Shown: positions 13,521-25,380, numbered from the stretch's first letter. The stretch: DNA of 60,018 bases from Octopus bimaculoides (GCF_001194135.2 NC_068988.1:51548065-51608082); one strand, 5' to 3'. Notes: generated by a model not told the origin, from the sequence alone. Made by a program: numbers and translations.

Positions 13521-15629
13521 CATTGCAGCTTAGTTTTATCTTATATATGAGAAGTTTCTTTTAATGTAACATATTATTCCATTATAGTGTAGTTTGGTTG
13601 TAATGGAAGTTGGTTGAAATTCTGATCCTGTTGTTTGCAATGGTAGAGGTTAGGGTGGAGCTAGATTAATGGGATGAGAGGGGGATAATTACACATTTAA
13701 AGAAACAAAATATTAATGAAAGAAAATGGAATAAAAGTTAAAGCACATGATGCAGAAAAAAAAAGAAAGACTATAATATCTGGAGAATTGCAAATTGCAC
13801 TAAAAAGATATACTCAAAATTGTTGGTATTTACCGACATTTATGGAAAGGGAAAGAAAATGAAGAAATAAACAGATAGCAAGTCTGAAAGCTTTTCTACC
13901 ACCAAGACAGAAATATGGGGAGATATTCCACAGATGAAGTGAGAGAAAGAGACTCCTATTTGAACTTTCATATCTGTCATTAACAACTGAAACAAATGGT
14001 GCAAATAGAATTTAAATGGCCAATTATTGAATAATTTTCAGGAAGAGCTGGAGAAGGCACACACACATAGATACATTCGCACACATATATATGACATATA
14101 GTACCATCTGTTGCAAATTAATGCAGCTCACTAAAGTGCAAAAGGTGTGCATGATATTTTGTGCATCTCAACCAAATTTATCTGGTGAATATGGAAGAAA
14201 CAAAAGAAACAAGTTCATGCACTTTCAATGTCTCATTTGCAATTGTTAATCTAATTTCTCTGATGGCAATAACAGCACAGGATATTTGGTCGTATATACA
14301 TAATAAGAAGTTAGAGTGTGGTGAGCAGAAGCTGTTGGCCTTTTATTTGAGGTGTTTTGAGTTCATAAGCTGTTGTTAACATTAAGTTGAGAAATTAACA
14401 CTAAATATGTCTGCCCATATATCAATCAACAGAGAGAAGAAGAAAGAGAGGAAGCGGAAGCAAGCAATGAAGTAATGGGAATCAAAGTAACAATAATCTT
14501 ATGTAGAGTGGTTTGATAATCCATAGTGCAGAAATTAAGACAGCAAATCAGTTGAGTCATTAAGATATCAGATAGATTACCCTGTGGTAATCATTCTAGT
14601 TTGCCACACACTGTGTTCAAATACTATTGCGATCAAGTTTGCCTTTGATCTTTTTGGAACTGATAAATAAAAGTATGGTTCATCTCTTTTCTGTCTTTGT
14701 CTGTCCATCTGTCTGTCTGCCTGCCTCTCTCCTCTCTCTCTGAAATAAATCAGCTATGATCAAACCTAGATTAGAATGGACTCCTAATGTCTAAAAAATA
14801 CACCTAAGACATGCTGTATATCACAATGGTGTCCCTACAATTTCATCAGGAGTTAAGGGTAAATGATGTGATTGAAATCTCTTTCACAGGTACTAGATTA
14901 GAATAATACAGGACACAGTTATAGACCTAGTTTTACATGGAGTCTAATGCAATACAGTTTAACATTGATATGGACACTAACGCAAATAGACAGATGGCCA
15001 CTGCGATATTTAATTATTCATTAAGAACAAAATTGTGATTTTACTGCATTGAATGAAATTGTTTGTGGTATAGTCAGTATGTAATGCATCAGCTGTGTGG
15101 TGCAACAATTGTATTATTCAGTGGCTGGGTTAGGTCATGAACTGCAGAAATTTAGCAGTGCAACAGATGTGCAATCTTCTGACTGTTTGGTATAACAGCT
15201 TTGTAGTGTAGTACCTGTGAGATATTGTGTTTGGGAAAAAACAACTATTTGGTACAAGAGCTTTGTAGTACAGCATCCTAGCAATGCAAAGGTTGTGAAG
15301 TACTGCAATAATTGTCTGGTACAACAGCTTTGTAGTAGAGTATCTATGTAGTGCAATGGTTGTGTCATACTGCAGTAGTTGTAAGGTAGCGTGATTATCA
15401 AGTGTAGTCCCTATGTAGTACAGTGGCTAACTAATAACACCATGAAAGCATATCTACATGGTTTCAGTTTTTGGTGGTCACTTTTTATTTAGATATCCAT
15501 GTTAGGTCACTGTTCAAAATATATAATGTTGTGCATTACAGACTCTGTAACAAAGGAACAGTTCCTGTTTTTATTATTTCTATAGTTGAGTTGCTGCTGC
15601 TGCTGCTGTTGCTGTTGTTGTTGTTGTTG

Positions 15630-15660
<31 letters not shown>

Positions 15661-15746
15661 AGCTGTGTTGTAGTTCTTGTTCTTTAACGCCAGGTCAACC
15701 TAGACGAAAGGCATTCCAGCTACAAACAACCTGTCTCTTTATATAA

Positions 15747-15809
15747 GGTATAGTGGTTAAGAGCACGAGCTACTAACCCCAAGATTCTGAGTTTGATTCA
15801 AAGCAGTGA

Positions 15810-15878
<69 letters not shown>

Positions 15879-16073
15879 CAACATCAAAAAATACCTTAGG
15901 AATGAGAACCCAGGTTCGAAATTTCCCCAAGATACCTGATGAAGGCTGGAGGGTATATCAGCTGAAACGTTGTGTTAACAACAAACAAGATGAGGAGAAA
16001 TATCCATCAAATGTAAATAATATAAATAATGTAAATAATGTACATAATTCCTCATCTCTTAAATATAGAACTG
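15747..16073 (+). mobile_element. tRNA-headed SINE-like element with (AAT)n tract and hammerhead-containing, Penelope-like tail
   Basis: tRNA-like head GGTATAGTGGTTAAGAGCACGAGCTACTAACCCCAAGATTCTGAGTTTGATTC, with A-box-like TAGTGGTTAAG and degenerate B-box GAGTTTGATTC. Followed by (AAT)n at about 15814-15874, the hammerhead at 15931-15976, and a tail with AAATAATGT repeats ending TCTCTTAAATATAGAACTG. Confidence 0.6.
15931..15976 (+). ncRNA. minimal type I hammerhead ribozyme
   Basis: Stem I GAUAC/GUGUU; core CUGAUGA (15936-15942); one extra A; stem II GGCUGG/UCAGCU (15944-15949 with 15958-15963); GAAAC (15964-15968) directly followed by GUU (15969-15971). Helix III is reduced to the palindrome AACGUU. 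Confidence 0.72.
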
Positions 16074-16529
16074 AATAAACTGTCTCTCTCTTTTTCCTAT
16101 ATGCAGGCAATATAAGCACACGTTATCCAACATGGCTTTCTTACCAAGATGCTCGGATGTGATTTGAGGGAAATTTGGTTGTTATTTCTAGCATGTCAAA
16201 TAGCAATGCAGATGATGCTTACTCACTGACTCATACAGTTGATACTTGTTAGTGGTAAAACATCTAGTCTGCAAAAGACAATTGGTCCAATTCACAAAAT
16301 ATCCTAATTTATCAATAACTAAAAAAACAACAAAAACAAAAGACCACTAATGCATGATGGGATAGAAAGACTTATGTGTAAAACAATACACAATTACTTA
16401 CTTTGCTAATGTCTTTGGGAGAGGCATAAACACACTCAAAAAGACCCGCCTTCTACAGCAGTATTCAAGTAGACTAATCCTCCACTGCAGAAGTGTTAAG
16501 ACCACTCCTACCAATGAAATGGATTGGTG

Positions 16530-16860
<331 letters not shown>

Positions 16861-17125
16861 NNNNNNNNNNNNNNNNNNNNNNNNNNNNNNNNNNNNNNNN
16901 NNNNNNNNNNNNNNNNNNNNNNNNNNNNNNNNNNNNNNNNNNNNNNNNNNNNNNNNNNNNNNNNNNNNNNNNNNNNNNNNNNNNNNNNNNNNNNNNNNNN
17001 NNNNNNNNNNNNNNNNNNNNNNNNNNNNNNNNNNNNNNNNNNNNNNNNNNNNNNNNNNNNNNNNNNNNNNNNNNNNNNNNNNNNNNNNNNNNNNNNNNNN
17101 NNNNNNNNNNNNNNNNNNNNNNNNN

Positions 17126-17170
<45 letters not shown>

Positions 17171-17240
17171 GGTGGTGGTGATGGTGGTGATGATGATGAT
17201 GGTGATGGTGGTGTTAGTGATGATGATGATGGTGGTGATG

Positions 17241-17272
<32 letters not shown>

Positions 17273-17295
17273 GATGAGGAGGAGGAGGAGGATGA
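17126..17295 (+). repeat. (GAT)n/(GGT)n trinucleotide microsatellite
   Basis: Read directly; source of the poly-M/V pseudo-ORFs. Confidence 0.95.
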
Positions 17296-17652
17296 TTAAC
17301 TGTTACCCACTTCCCAAAGATTTCTGAAGCTCAGATACATGTATGATGAATGGATGAAACACAGTCAAAGTAAATAATTTAAAGAGCAGTTTTTAACTTA
17401 GCTGAATAATATCATAAAATGAAACCGTCAAGGGAACTTTGATGTGTTTACTGCTTGATCTAAAAGAAACAACAGCTAAATCTCCCACTTATAATTTTCT
17501 CTACCATCTTAAAAAGGGAAAAGGAGACATGTGTATCCAGGAACTGGTCCTGGATGTGTTATACTTCAAAGATGGAATGATCACAGTTGAAATACTCTAC
17601 ATCATAAGTCAGTTCAATCAGGGCTGAGATGGATTAAATAACATCCCTTATT

Positions 17653-17699
<47 letters not shown>

Positions 17700-18568
17700 N
17701 NNNNNNNNNNNNNNNNNNNNNNNNNNNNNNNNNNNNNNNNNNNNNNNNNNNNNNNNNNNNNNNNNNNNNNNNNNNNNNNNNNNNNNNNNNNNNNNNNNNN
17801 NNNNNNNNNNNNNNNNNNNNNNNNNNNNNNNNNNNNNNNNNNNNNNNNNNNNNNNNNNNNNNNNNNNNNNNNNNNNNNNNNNNNNNNNNNNNNNNNNNNN
17901 NNNNNNNNNNNNNNNNNNNNNNNNNNNNNNNNNNNNNNNNNNNNNNNNNNNNNNNNNNNNNNNNNNNNNNNNNNNNNNNNNNNNNNNNNNNNNNNNNNNN
18001 NNNNNNNNNNNNNNNNNNNNNNNNNNNNNNNNNNNNNNNNNNNNNNNNNNNNNNNNNNNNNNNNNNNNNNNNNNNNNNNNNNNNNNNNNNNNNNNNNNNN
18101 NNNNNNNNNNNNNNNNNNNNNNNNNNNNNNNNNNNNNNNNNNNNNNNNNNNNNNNNNNNNNNNNNNNNNNNNNNNNNNNNNNNNNNNNNNNNNNNNNNNN
18201 NNNNNNNNNNNNNNNNNNNNNNNNNNNNNNNNNNNNNNNNNNNNNNNNNNNNNNNNNNNNNNNNNNNNNNNNNNNNNNNNNNNNNNNNNNNNNNNNNNNN
18301 NNNNNNNNNNNNNNNNNNNNNNNNNNNNNNNNNNNNNNNNNNNNNNNNNNNNNNNNNNNNNNNNNNNNNNNNNNNNNNNNNNNNNNNNNNNNNNNNNNNN
18401 NNNNNNNNNNNNNNNNNNNNNNNNNNNNNNNNNNNNNNNNNNNNNNNNNNNNNNNNNNNNNNNNNNNNNNNNNNNNNNNNNNNNNNNNNNNNNNNNNNNN
18501 NNNNNNNNNNNNNNNNNNNNNNNNNNNNNNNNNNNNNNNNNNNNNNNNNNNNNNNNNNNNNNNNNNNN
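17700..18568. other. assembly gap (largest of seven; others at 13001-13271, 16861-17125, 21785-22491, 29909-30190, 34327-34548, 52361-52489)
   Basis: Runs of N, mostly abutting microsatellites. Confidence 1.
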
Positions 18569-18755
18569 CATGTGTCACCCACACATGAGCCAGTCCTGGG
18601 GCACTGGCAACGATCCCGCTTGAAAGACCCCATGTGTCGCCCGCACATGAGCCAGCCCAGGGGCACCAGCAACGATCCCGCTCGAGACACCTCATGTGTC
18701 ACCCGCACAAGAGCCAGTCATACATACATACATACATACATACATACATACATAC

Positions 18756-18912
18756 AATGGGCTTCTTTCAGTTTCTGTCCACCAAATTCATTCGTTAGCC
18801 TTCAGTCAGCTCAGGGCTATTGTAGAAGATGCTATTTTTAGGTGCTATGCAGTGGGACTGAATCTAAAATTATGTGGTTGGGGAGCAAACTGCTTAGCAG
18901 CACAGCCATGCC
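18756..18912 (-). mobile_element. SINE family 1, 5' part
   Basis: Reverse complement of the family 1 head and body, next to (TACA)n. Confidence 0.75.
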
Positions 18913-19260
18913 TCTGTATATTGCCACACCTTCATCTCTTCTCTACACTTAATAATACAAAGGATCAACTGAGACAGTTGACACCATTCATAATGTATTG
19001 TTGTTACCAATACAATATCTAAATATAAATAGTGACTGCTAGAAGCATTATTGGTGGTGGTGGTGGTGGTGCTGCTGCTGATGCTGGTGGTGGTGACATG
19101 TTTTTCCTAACATCATGGAGCATGGCACTGGTTACAAAACTATGTTGTTAAGGAATCCTTACATTCACACAATGTAAGAAATTGTTGTTGTTAGGTCCAG
19201 TGTCACTCCTGAGATTGAGCAGATATATATAAATCAAAAGTGTTCCTATCACAAGTAGTG

Positions 19261-20168
19261 TGTAAGAATGACCGTGCGAACTCAAAAAGGAGAAATGGTG
19301 ACGAATGGAAAAACAGAGGACTCCTTTTATTTATACGCGTCACACGGTCGATCACAAAATAATATATCAAATGATGATATACAAATATGTTATACTGCTC
19401 GTAAATACCAGTAATGAAGAGACGATAGAAAAGACAACCGTATAAGATGAATAACAGAAATATTTATTGTGGCATTAAAGATCTATGTCTGTGTGTGAGT
19501 GTGAATGCAACATATAAGAACATAATCAAAGACAGGCCGTCGTACAAAGAAAAGTATGTATGTGAGTGATACATGTATGTGTATGTGAGATATTACAGCA
19601 GATAGAAAGAGAGTCAGTAACCGTGAGCATTTATACCAGTTCTTAAGTACACAATAGGATGAGTCTGTATGTGAAAGTAGTTGAGGCTGTGAGTGTGGCA
19701 GTGCTGATCACTAGTTGTGATGTTGGCTTCCATGCCAGGGCCTTGAGGACAGATGTTTATCGCAGGCTGAAATCTCTTGTTTGTTTACTATCGTGGTGAA
19801 GCTAAGTCACCTAACAGAATCGAAGAGAGAGATGTGCCGCGGTGGTTTAGTTTGGTGTACATAGTAAGTCGTGTTGACGCTGGTGGGGATTGATGGCTGG
19901 TTAGTAGTAATCGTAGAATCGTGTTGGTCATGACGATGATGCTGGTTAGTAGTCGTAGACTTGTGTTGCTGATGTGGCGACGGCGGTGGTGGTCATCGTT
20001 AGACGAAGCTGTTGATGTGTCGCTGGCTGCTGCTGCCGCTGCTGTCGTGTGGTACACGGAACAGATCTCAAAGAGAAACTGAACCGAGACCAATTTGCTG
20101 GGTATGAGTTGATCTATTTATAGCGTTCAGGGGGCTCCAAGACCGTAGTAGAAAAACACTATCACGTG
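19261..20168 (-). mobile_element. LTR (or major part of an LTR) of an LTR retrotransposon
   Basis: CpG-rich island in CpG-poor surroundings. On the minus strand: TATAAATA at 20122-20115, AATAAA at 19468-19463, and terminus ...TTCTTACA at 19261. The same 53-bp terminus recurs at 20611-20663, directly followed by a tRNA primer-binding site. Confidence 0.65.
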
Positions 20169-20822
20169 ACCTTATTAAGGGCTGTGATTGGTCAGTTTGC
20201 GTTCTGGCGGGAACGGTTCGAAGAAGTTGCCGATTCGAATAATGATCAGTCACGTGATGACAAGGTTGATGTTTTCCACTACGCCCGTGCTTGTTTATAT
20301 TTAAATGAGAAGAATGGCGATAGCAGTTTTGTATCTAATGGCGATCGGTAGTTTCACTACACTAGCCTCGCACCAGTCGGTTTGTCGAAGGCAAACAAAC
20401 GAAATAAAAAAAAGATGTAGTGAAAAAGACTGATAGAACGGTTGGTCTATTACTGGCATTTAGTCACCATTTTTGGAAAGTTATGTGGACTTTTCACGTT
20501 GGGCTGCGTGTTTGAATTCACCAGTTTGTAAGAAAAACTGTGTGAACAGGATCACATAGGCTGTACAGATCAGAAGGGCTGTATGAACGAATCACGTCGG
20601 GGTCACCAATTGTAAGAACGACCGTGCGAACTCAAAAAGGAGAAATGGTGACGGATGGAAAAAAATGCTATCGCCATTCTTCTCATTTAAATATAAACAA
20701 GCGCGGGCGTAGCGGAAAACATCAACCTTGGCATCACGTGACTGATCATTATTCGAATCGGCAACTTCTTCGAACCGTTCCCGCCAGAACGCAAACTGAC
20801 CAATCACAGCCCTTAATAAGGT
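20169..20822. repeat. 157-bp inverted repeat pair (20169-20325 and 20666-20822), MITE-like
   Basis: Arms are reverse complements with 3 mismatches in 157 bp. TA follows the right arm but GA precedes the left, so there is no clean TSD. Confidence 0.85.
20566..20608 (-). promoter_or_regulatory. primer-binding site complementary to tRNA-Trp 3' end, with extended tRNA homology
   Basis: Minus strand reads ...TTACA-AT-TGGTGACCCCGACGTGATTCG. Plus strand CAGATCAGAAGGGCTGTATGAACGAATCACGTCGGGGTCACCA aligns to the 3' half of eukaryotic tRNA-Trp including CCA (reference sequence recalled from memory). Confidence 0.8.
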
Positions 20823-21631
20823 ACTTAAGTTGAAGAACCAAGTCAGTCCGGTATTATCCGTACAGCTCAAATTAAGGTGAATAAAGTCAAAATAAGGAAC
20901 AGGATTTCAAGTAGTAATGCAATACGACCATTTCAAGTGGCTCCATTTAATTGAAAGATGCAATCATCACATCTTCCATTTCACAAATATGGAACTTCAA
21001 CAAACAAGATACATTAATGTAACTTTTCTTAAATATTTTAATAGAGCAAAAGGATGGAAGAAATTCCTGAAATATCCTTTAACTGGTAACAACATCATGG
21101 ATTAGCATCATCCCTACCCCACCTCTTTTATGAGCAGTTACTTTTATCTAACTGAATCTTTCTAAAGTTTTGTTTCTTTTTCTTGTGAGTAGAGGGGTAC
21201 CTATGGCTATATTTATGACCAATAGCTAGCCATGAGCTGTCAACTTACTTTGCTCTTTATTCTAAATATACACAGTCTTCTAGTCTCAGATTTTAGTTGA
21301 TGATAAAGACACAAATAAATTGGAAATGAATTACAACCCTATGACTCCCCCCTCCCCACTGTGTTCCATGCCACTCGAAATAATTGTAGTTTGTCCTCTT
21401 AGCTATTCCTGCTACAATAGCGACAACTTGAATTTCTTCCATCCTCTTGCTCTGTTAAAATATTTAAGAAAAATTATATTAATGTATCTTGTCTGTTGAA
21501 GTTCCATATTTGTGCAGCTGAAGATAGCGCTGTATATAAAATTGATGTAATGATTGCATTGTTCAATTAAATAGAGTCACTTGAAATGGTCATACTGCAT
21601 TATTACTTGAAATCCTGTTACTTATTTTGAT

Positions 21632-21698
<67 letters not shown>

Positions 21699-22505
21699 TG
21701 TTAAATCTCTGAACGAGGTATTAACAGCAACTGCCCGACAAGGTGAAGTATATTTGCCACTTAAATGTGGCTGACCCCTAAGGGNNNNNNNNNNNNNNNN
21801 NNNNNNNNNNNNNNNNNNNNNNNNNNNNNNNNNNNNNNNNNNNNNNNNNNNNNNNNNNNNNNNNNNNNNNNNNNNNNNNNNNNNNNNNNNNNNNNNNNNN
21901 NNNNNNNNNNNNNNNNNNNNNNNNNNNNNNNNNNNNNNNNNNNNNNNNNNNNNNNNNNNNNNNNNNNNNNNNNNNNNNNNNNNNNNNNNNNNNNNNNNNN
22001 NNNNNNNNNNNNNNNNNNNNNNNNNNNNNNNNNNNNNNNNNNNNNNNNNNNNNNNNNNNNNNNNNNNNNNNNNNNNNNNNNNNNNNNNNNNNNNNNNNNN
22101 NNNNNNNNNNNNNNNNNNNNNNNNNNNNNNNNNNNNNNNNNNNNNNNNNNNNNNNNNNNNNNNNNNNNNNNNNNNNNNNNNNNNNNNNNNNNNNNNNNNN
22201 NNNNNNNNNNNNNNNNNNNNNNNNNNNNNNNNNNNNNNNNNNNNNNNNNNNNNNNNNNNNNNNNNNNNNNNNNNNNNNNNNNNNNNNNNNNNNNNNNNNN
22301 NNNNNNNNNNNNNNNNNNNNNNNNNNNNNNNNNNNNNNNNNNNNNNNNNNNNNNNNNNNNNNNNNNNNNNNNNNNNNNNNNNNNNNNNNNNNNNNNNNNN
22401 NNNNNNNNNNNNNNNNNNNNNNNNNNNNNNNNNNNNNNNNNNNNNNNNNNNNNNNNNNNNNNNNNNNNNNNNNNNNNNNNNNNNNNNNNNNTATATATAT
22501 ATATA

Positions 22506-22897
22506 GGCGCAAGTGTTTATGTGTGGTAAGAAGTTTGTTTCCCAACCACAAGGTACCTTGAGCAAGTGTCTTCTACTATAGCCTCAGGCCAACCGAGGCC
22601 TTGTAAATGGATTTGGTGAATGAAAACTGAGAGAAGTCCATCATATATATATTTATATGTATGTATATATCTATGTGTGTGTCTGTGTGTCTGTATTTGA
22701 CCCCCACCACTGCTTGACAACCACTGTTGATGTGTTTACATCCCTGCAACATAGCAGTTCGGCAAAAGATACCGATAGAATAAGTACTAGGCTTACAAAG
22801 AATAAGTCCTGGGGTCAGTTTCTTCAACTAAAAAACCCTTTAAGGCAATGCTCCAGCATGGGCACAATGAAATGACTGAAACAAGTAAAAGAATAAA
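22506..22897 (+). mobile_element. SINE family 1, near full length
   Basis: Head, CTTGAGCAAGTGTCTTCTACTATAGCC, microsatellite, CAGTTCGGCAAAAG...GACTGAAACAAGTAAAAGAATAAA tail. Confidence 0.8.
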
Positions 22898-22964
22898 TAT
22901 ATATATATATACACCACCTGTCCTCGCCTGTTGTTTTTTCGTATATTCTCCCATATATATATAT

Positions 22965-23019
<55 letters not shown>

Positions 23020-23726
23020 TGTATATATGCATATAACAGATCAAATCTGGAACCATCTGATTTCAAAACAAACTTTTTTAACCATTCAGTCATAACCATA
23101 CTGTTTAGATAACAGTATGAAACCAAATGTAGACACCAGCATTTGTCTGAAGCTTTTCAGGGCTTGAAAAACATTCATGCTATTGTATCATGCAATAACT
23201 AAATTAACAGTTTACATTAATACGAAACAGTTGTTATCATTTGCTAATGGGAACAGGAAATTGTCAAATTCCATTATCTTCAATAATTTATTTTTTCCCA
23301 AAGAAATTAACTGCACTGATCCTTGTTACAAGACAATACTGAGACTGAGCTGATAAAGTGACCGCTAAAGTCACTGAGGAAATTATTGGAATAAAAGTAA
23401 ACTGTAGGTCATAACAATGTAATTTGCATCTTTCAGAAGAATGTTGCAATTCTGTAGGAGAAAATTTGATCAGGAAGTAATTTGCAATTTGGTAATATGA
23501 ACTGACTGACTACAGAATCTCTTACATGATTATGTTGTTAAACTGAAGTATTTCCTTTTCAGTTTTAAGTTTAACAAAATTAAACATTTGACTCTGACTA
23601 TTACATACCATGTACGTTAAAGATGATATAATTTTAATGTTTTTCAATCACACATTGTTGAAATCCTTTTTGTCTGTGTGGCTTTGTATTTGTAGGCTTC
23701 TATTTAAATATAAATTTTATTCTATT

Positions 23727-23914
23727 ATGGCTGTGTGGTTAAGAAGTTTGTCTTCTAACCACTTAGTTTCAGGTTCAGTCTCCCTGCAAATGACTTCAAT
23801 GAGCTGACCAAAGGTTTGGTAGTGGATTTGGTAAATGGAAACTGGAAGAAGCCCATCATATATCTGTTTGTCTGTCTGTCTCTGTCTATTTGTCTGTCTA
23901 TTTGTCTGTCTGTC

Positions 23915-23949
<35 letters not shown>

Positions 23950-23950
23950 C
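23727..23950 (+). mobile_element. SINE family 1, 5' part
   Basis: ATGGCTGTGTGGTTAAGAAG...GGATTTGGTAAATGGAAACTG followed by (GTCT)n/(TG)n. Confidence 0.7.
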
Positions 23951-25380
23951 ATGTGTGCGGTGTGAGTCATACAATATTGTGTTTAATTAATACGTTCCTC
24001 ATATATAAGATTGGTTGAACTGTCAAACTGTCCAATCCATGCCAGCATGGAAAATAGATGTTTAATGATGATGGTGATGATGATGATGACTCCCTGCATT
24101 AGATTATTCTGGCCCTGATTATACTGTACACAATTTGGAAAATACATTCTGTATCATAAGCTAATAAATTAGAACCCATTTCATATGAAATGGTTCCTAA
24201 TGCTCTTAGCAAAAACATGGTTGACAGAGAATTCCTATATCATTTGCTCTTAGACTGGGGGTGGAAGATAACCCACAATATGAATTCAAAAACAAAGTTT
24301 TCTAAATTAAGATGCCAAATGAGTATTTTGAATATAGAGTCCTCATTAACGGTTGACAGATTAGTGGCAAGATTTGAACCTCTGTCTTCTCACATCAATA
24401 TTCTTTACAAATAAATGAATACCTAAGTATATGATAAACTTTGTCACAACCCTGATACAAACTGCCACAGGATGGAGTTAAATTTTTTGTTGGATTGATA
24501 ACAATTTTACACTTAAAAAGAAGGTAAAGAATTTGTTTTGGTTTAAAGTACAAACATATTGGTTTTCAGATTAATGAACTGAAGAAATTTGTCTCAGCTT
24601 CTGCAGTCTGTGATATATTTACAGCCAGAGTTGTGACCTTAAATGGCTATTAACAGTAAAGTCTAAGTGAAATTTTCAAAAGTGAAAATTTTTTATCAGA
24701 ATGGCATTAGGTAACTTTCAAAGGCGGTATTGTTGACCAAAACCACAAAATGTTATCTTTCGCACCCTTCTATCTCTCAGTTTCTGTCATTAAAAAGTCA
24801 AATTAAACAAGAGCTTGCCTGAGAAAAAGATACATCTTGCAGTAGAAAACCAAGCTGAAATATCACAGCATTCTATCCTAGTGACATTAATAGCCACTGA
24901 TATTTCTTGTTGAATCAAGTGGCTGTGACAAAAGTGTTGCTTTGTTAGATAGATTAGAGAGGAAAGTAATTTATTGCTTAACATGAAGAAATGGAGAGGA
25001 GGTACTTATTTGATGTAAGAACACTAATTATTCTCTTAAAGAGTCCACCAATATTAGAATGTACTGAAACTTCAGTATAAAAGGGGCTAATGCAATTATA
25101 ATTTCATTTTTAATCAATGATATATTTCAATGCAGCTATAAAATAACAGTGAAGCCTAATGCTTACAGTTGTATTAGAAAGTACTGGTTTGATTCCAGTT
25201 TAAGAAGTTAATTTTGCAATCCCATGGTTTCATGTTGATGTTACACTTTTTCCCAGAGACAATAGTAATATGACATGAATAAACCTCAGTTGAAAATTAC
25301 ATCATGGTCTTGGCCTGCCAGAAGTTCACTTTATACTCTACATTACTCACTAAAACATAATAATAATAATAATAATAATA

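Noticed and set aside
15188-15336. CRISPR-like array (20-bp repeats, 42- and 47-bp spacers)
   Set aside because: Only three imperfect repeats, later spacers resemble each other, no cas genes, and the context is eukaryotic; it is a decayed minisatellite.
19788-20093. 101-aa ORF inside the LTR as a gag remnant
   Set aside because: Low-complexity trinucleotide-like sequence with no gag, protease or zinc-knuckle motif.
20566-20608. Stand-alone tRNA-Trp gene
   Set aside because: The 5' half is missing, CCA is encoded and it abuts an LTR end; a PBS or retro-copied primer fits better.
24500-25000. Enhancer-like non-repetitive segment with homeodomain-type TAAT motifs
   Set aside because: Such motifs are expected by chance at this AT content; needs conservation or chromatin data.
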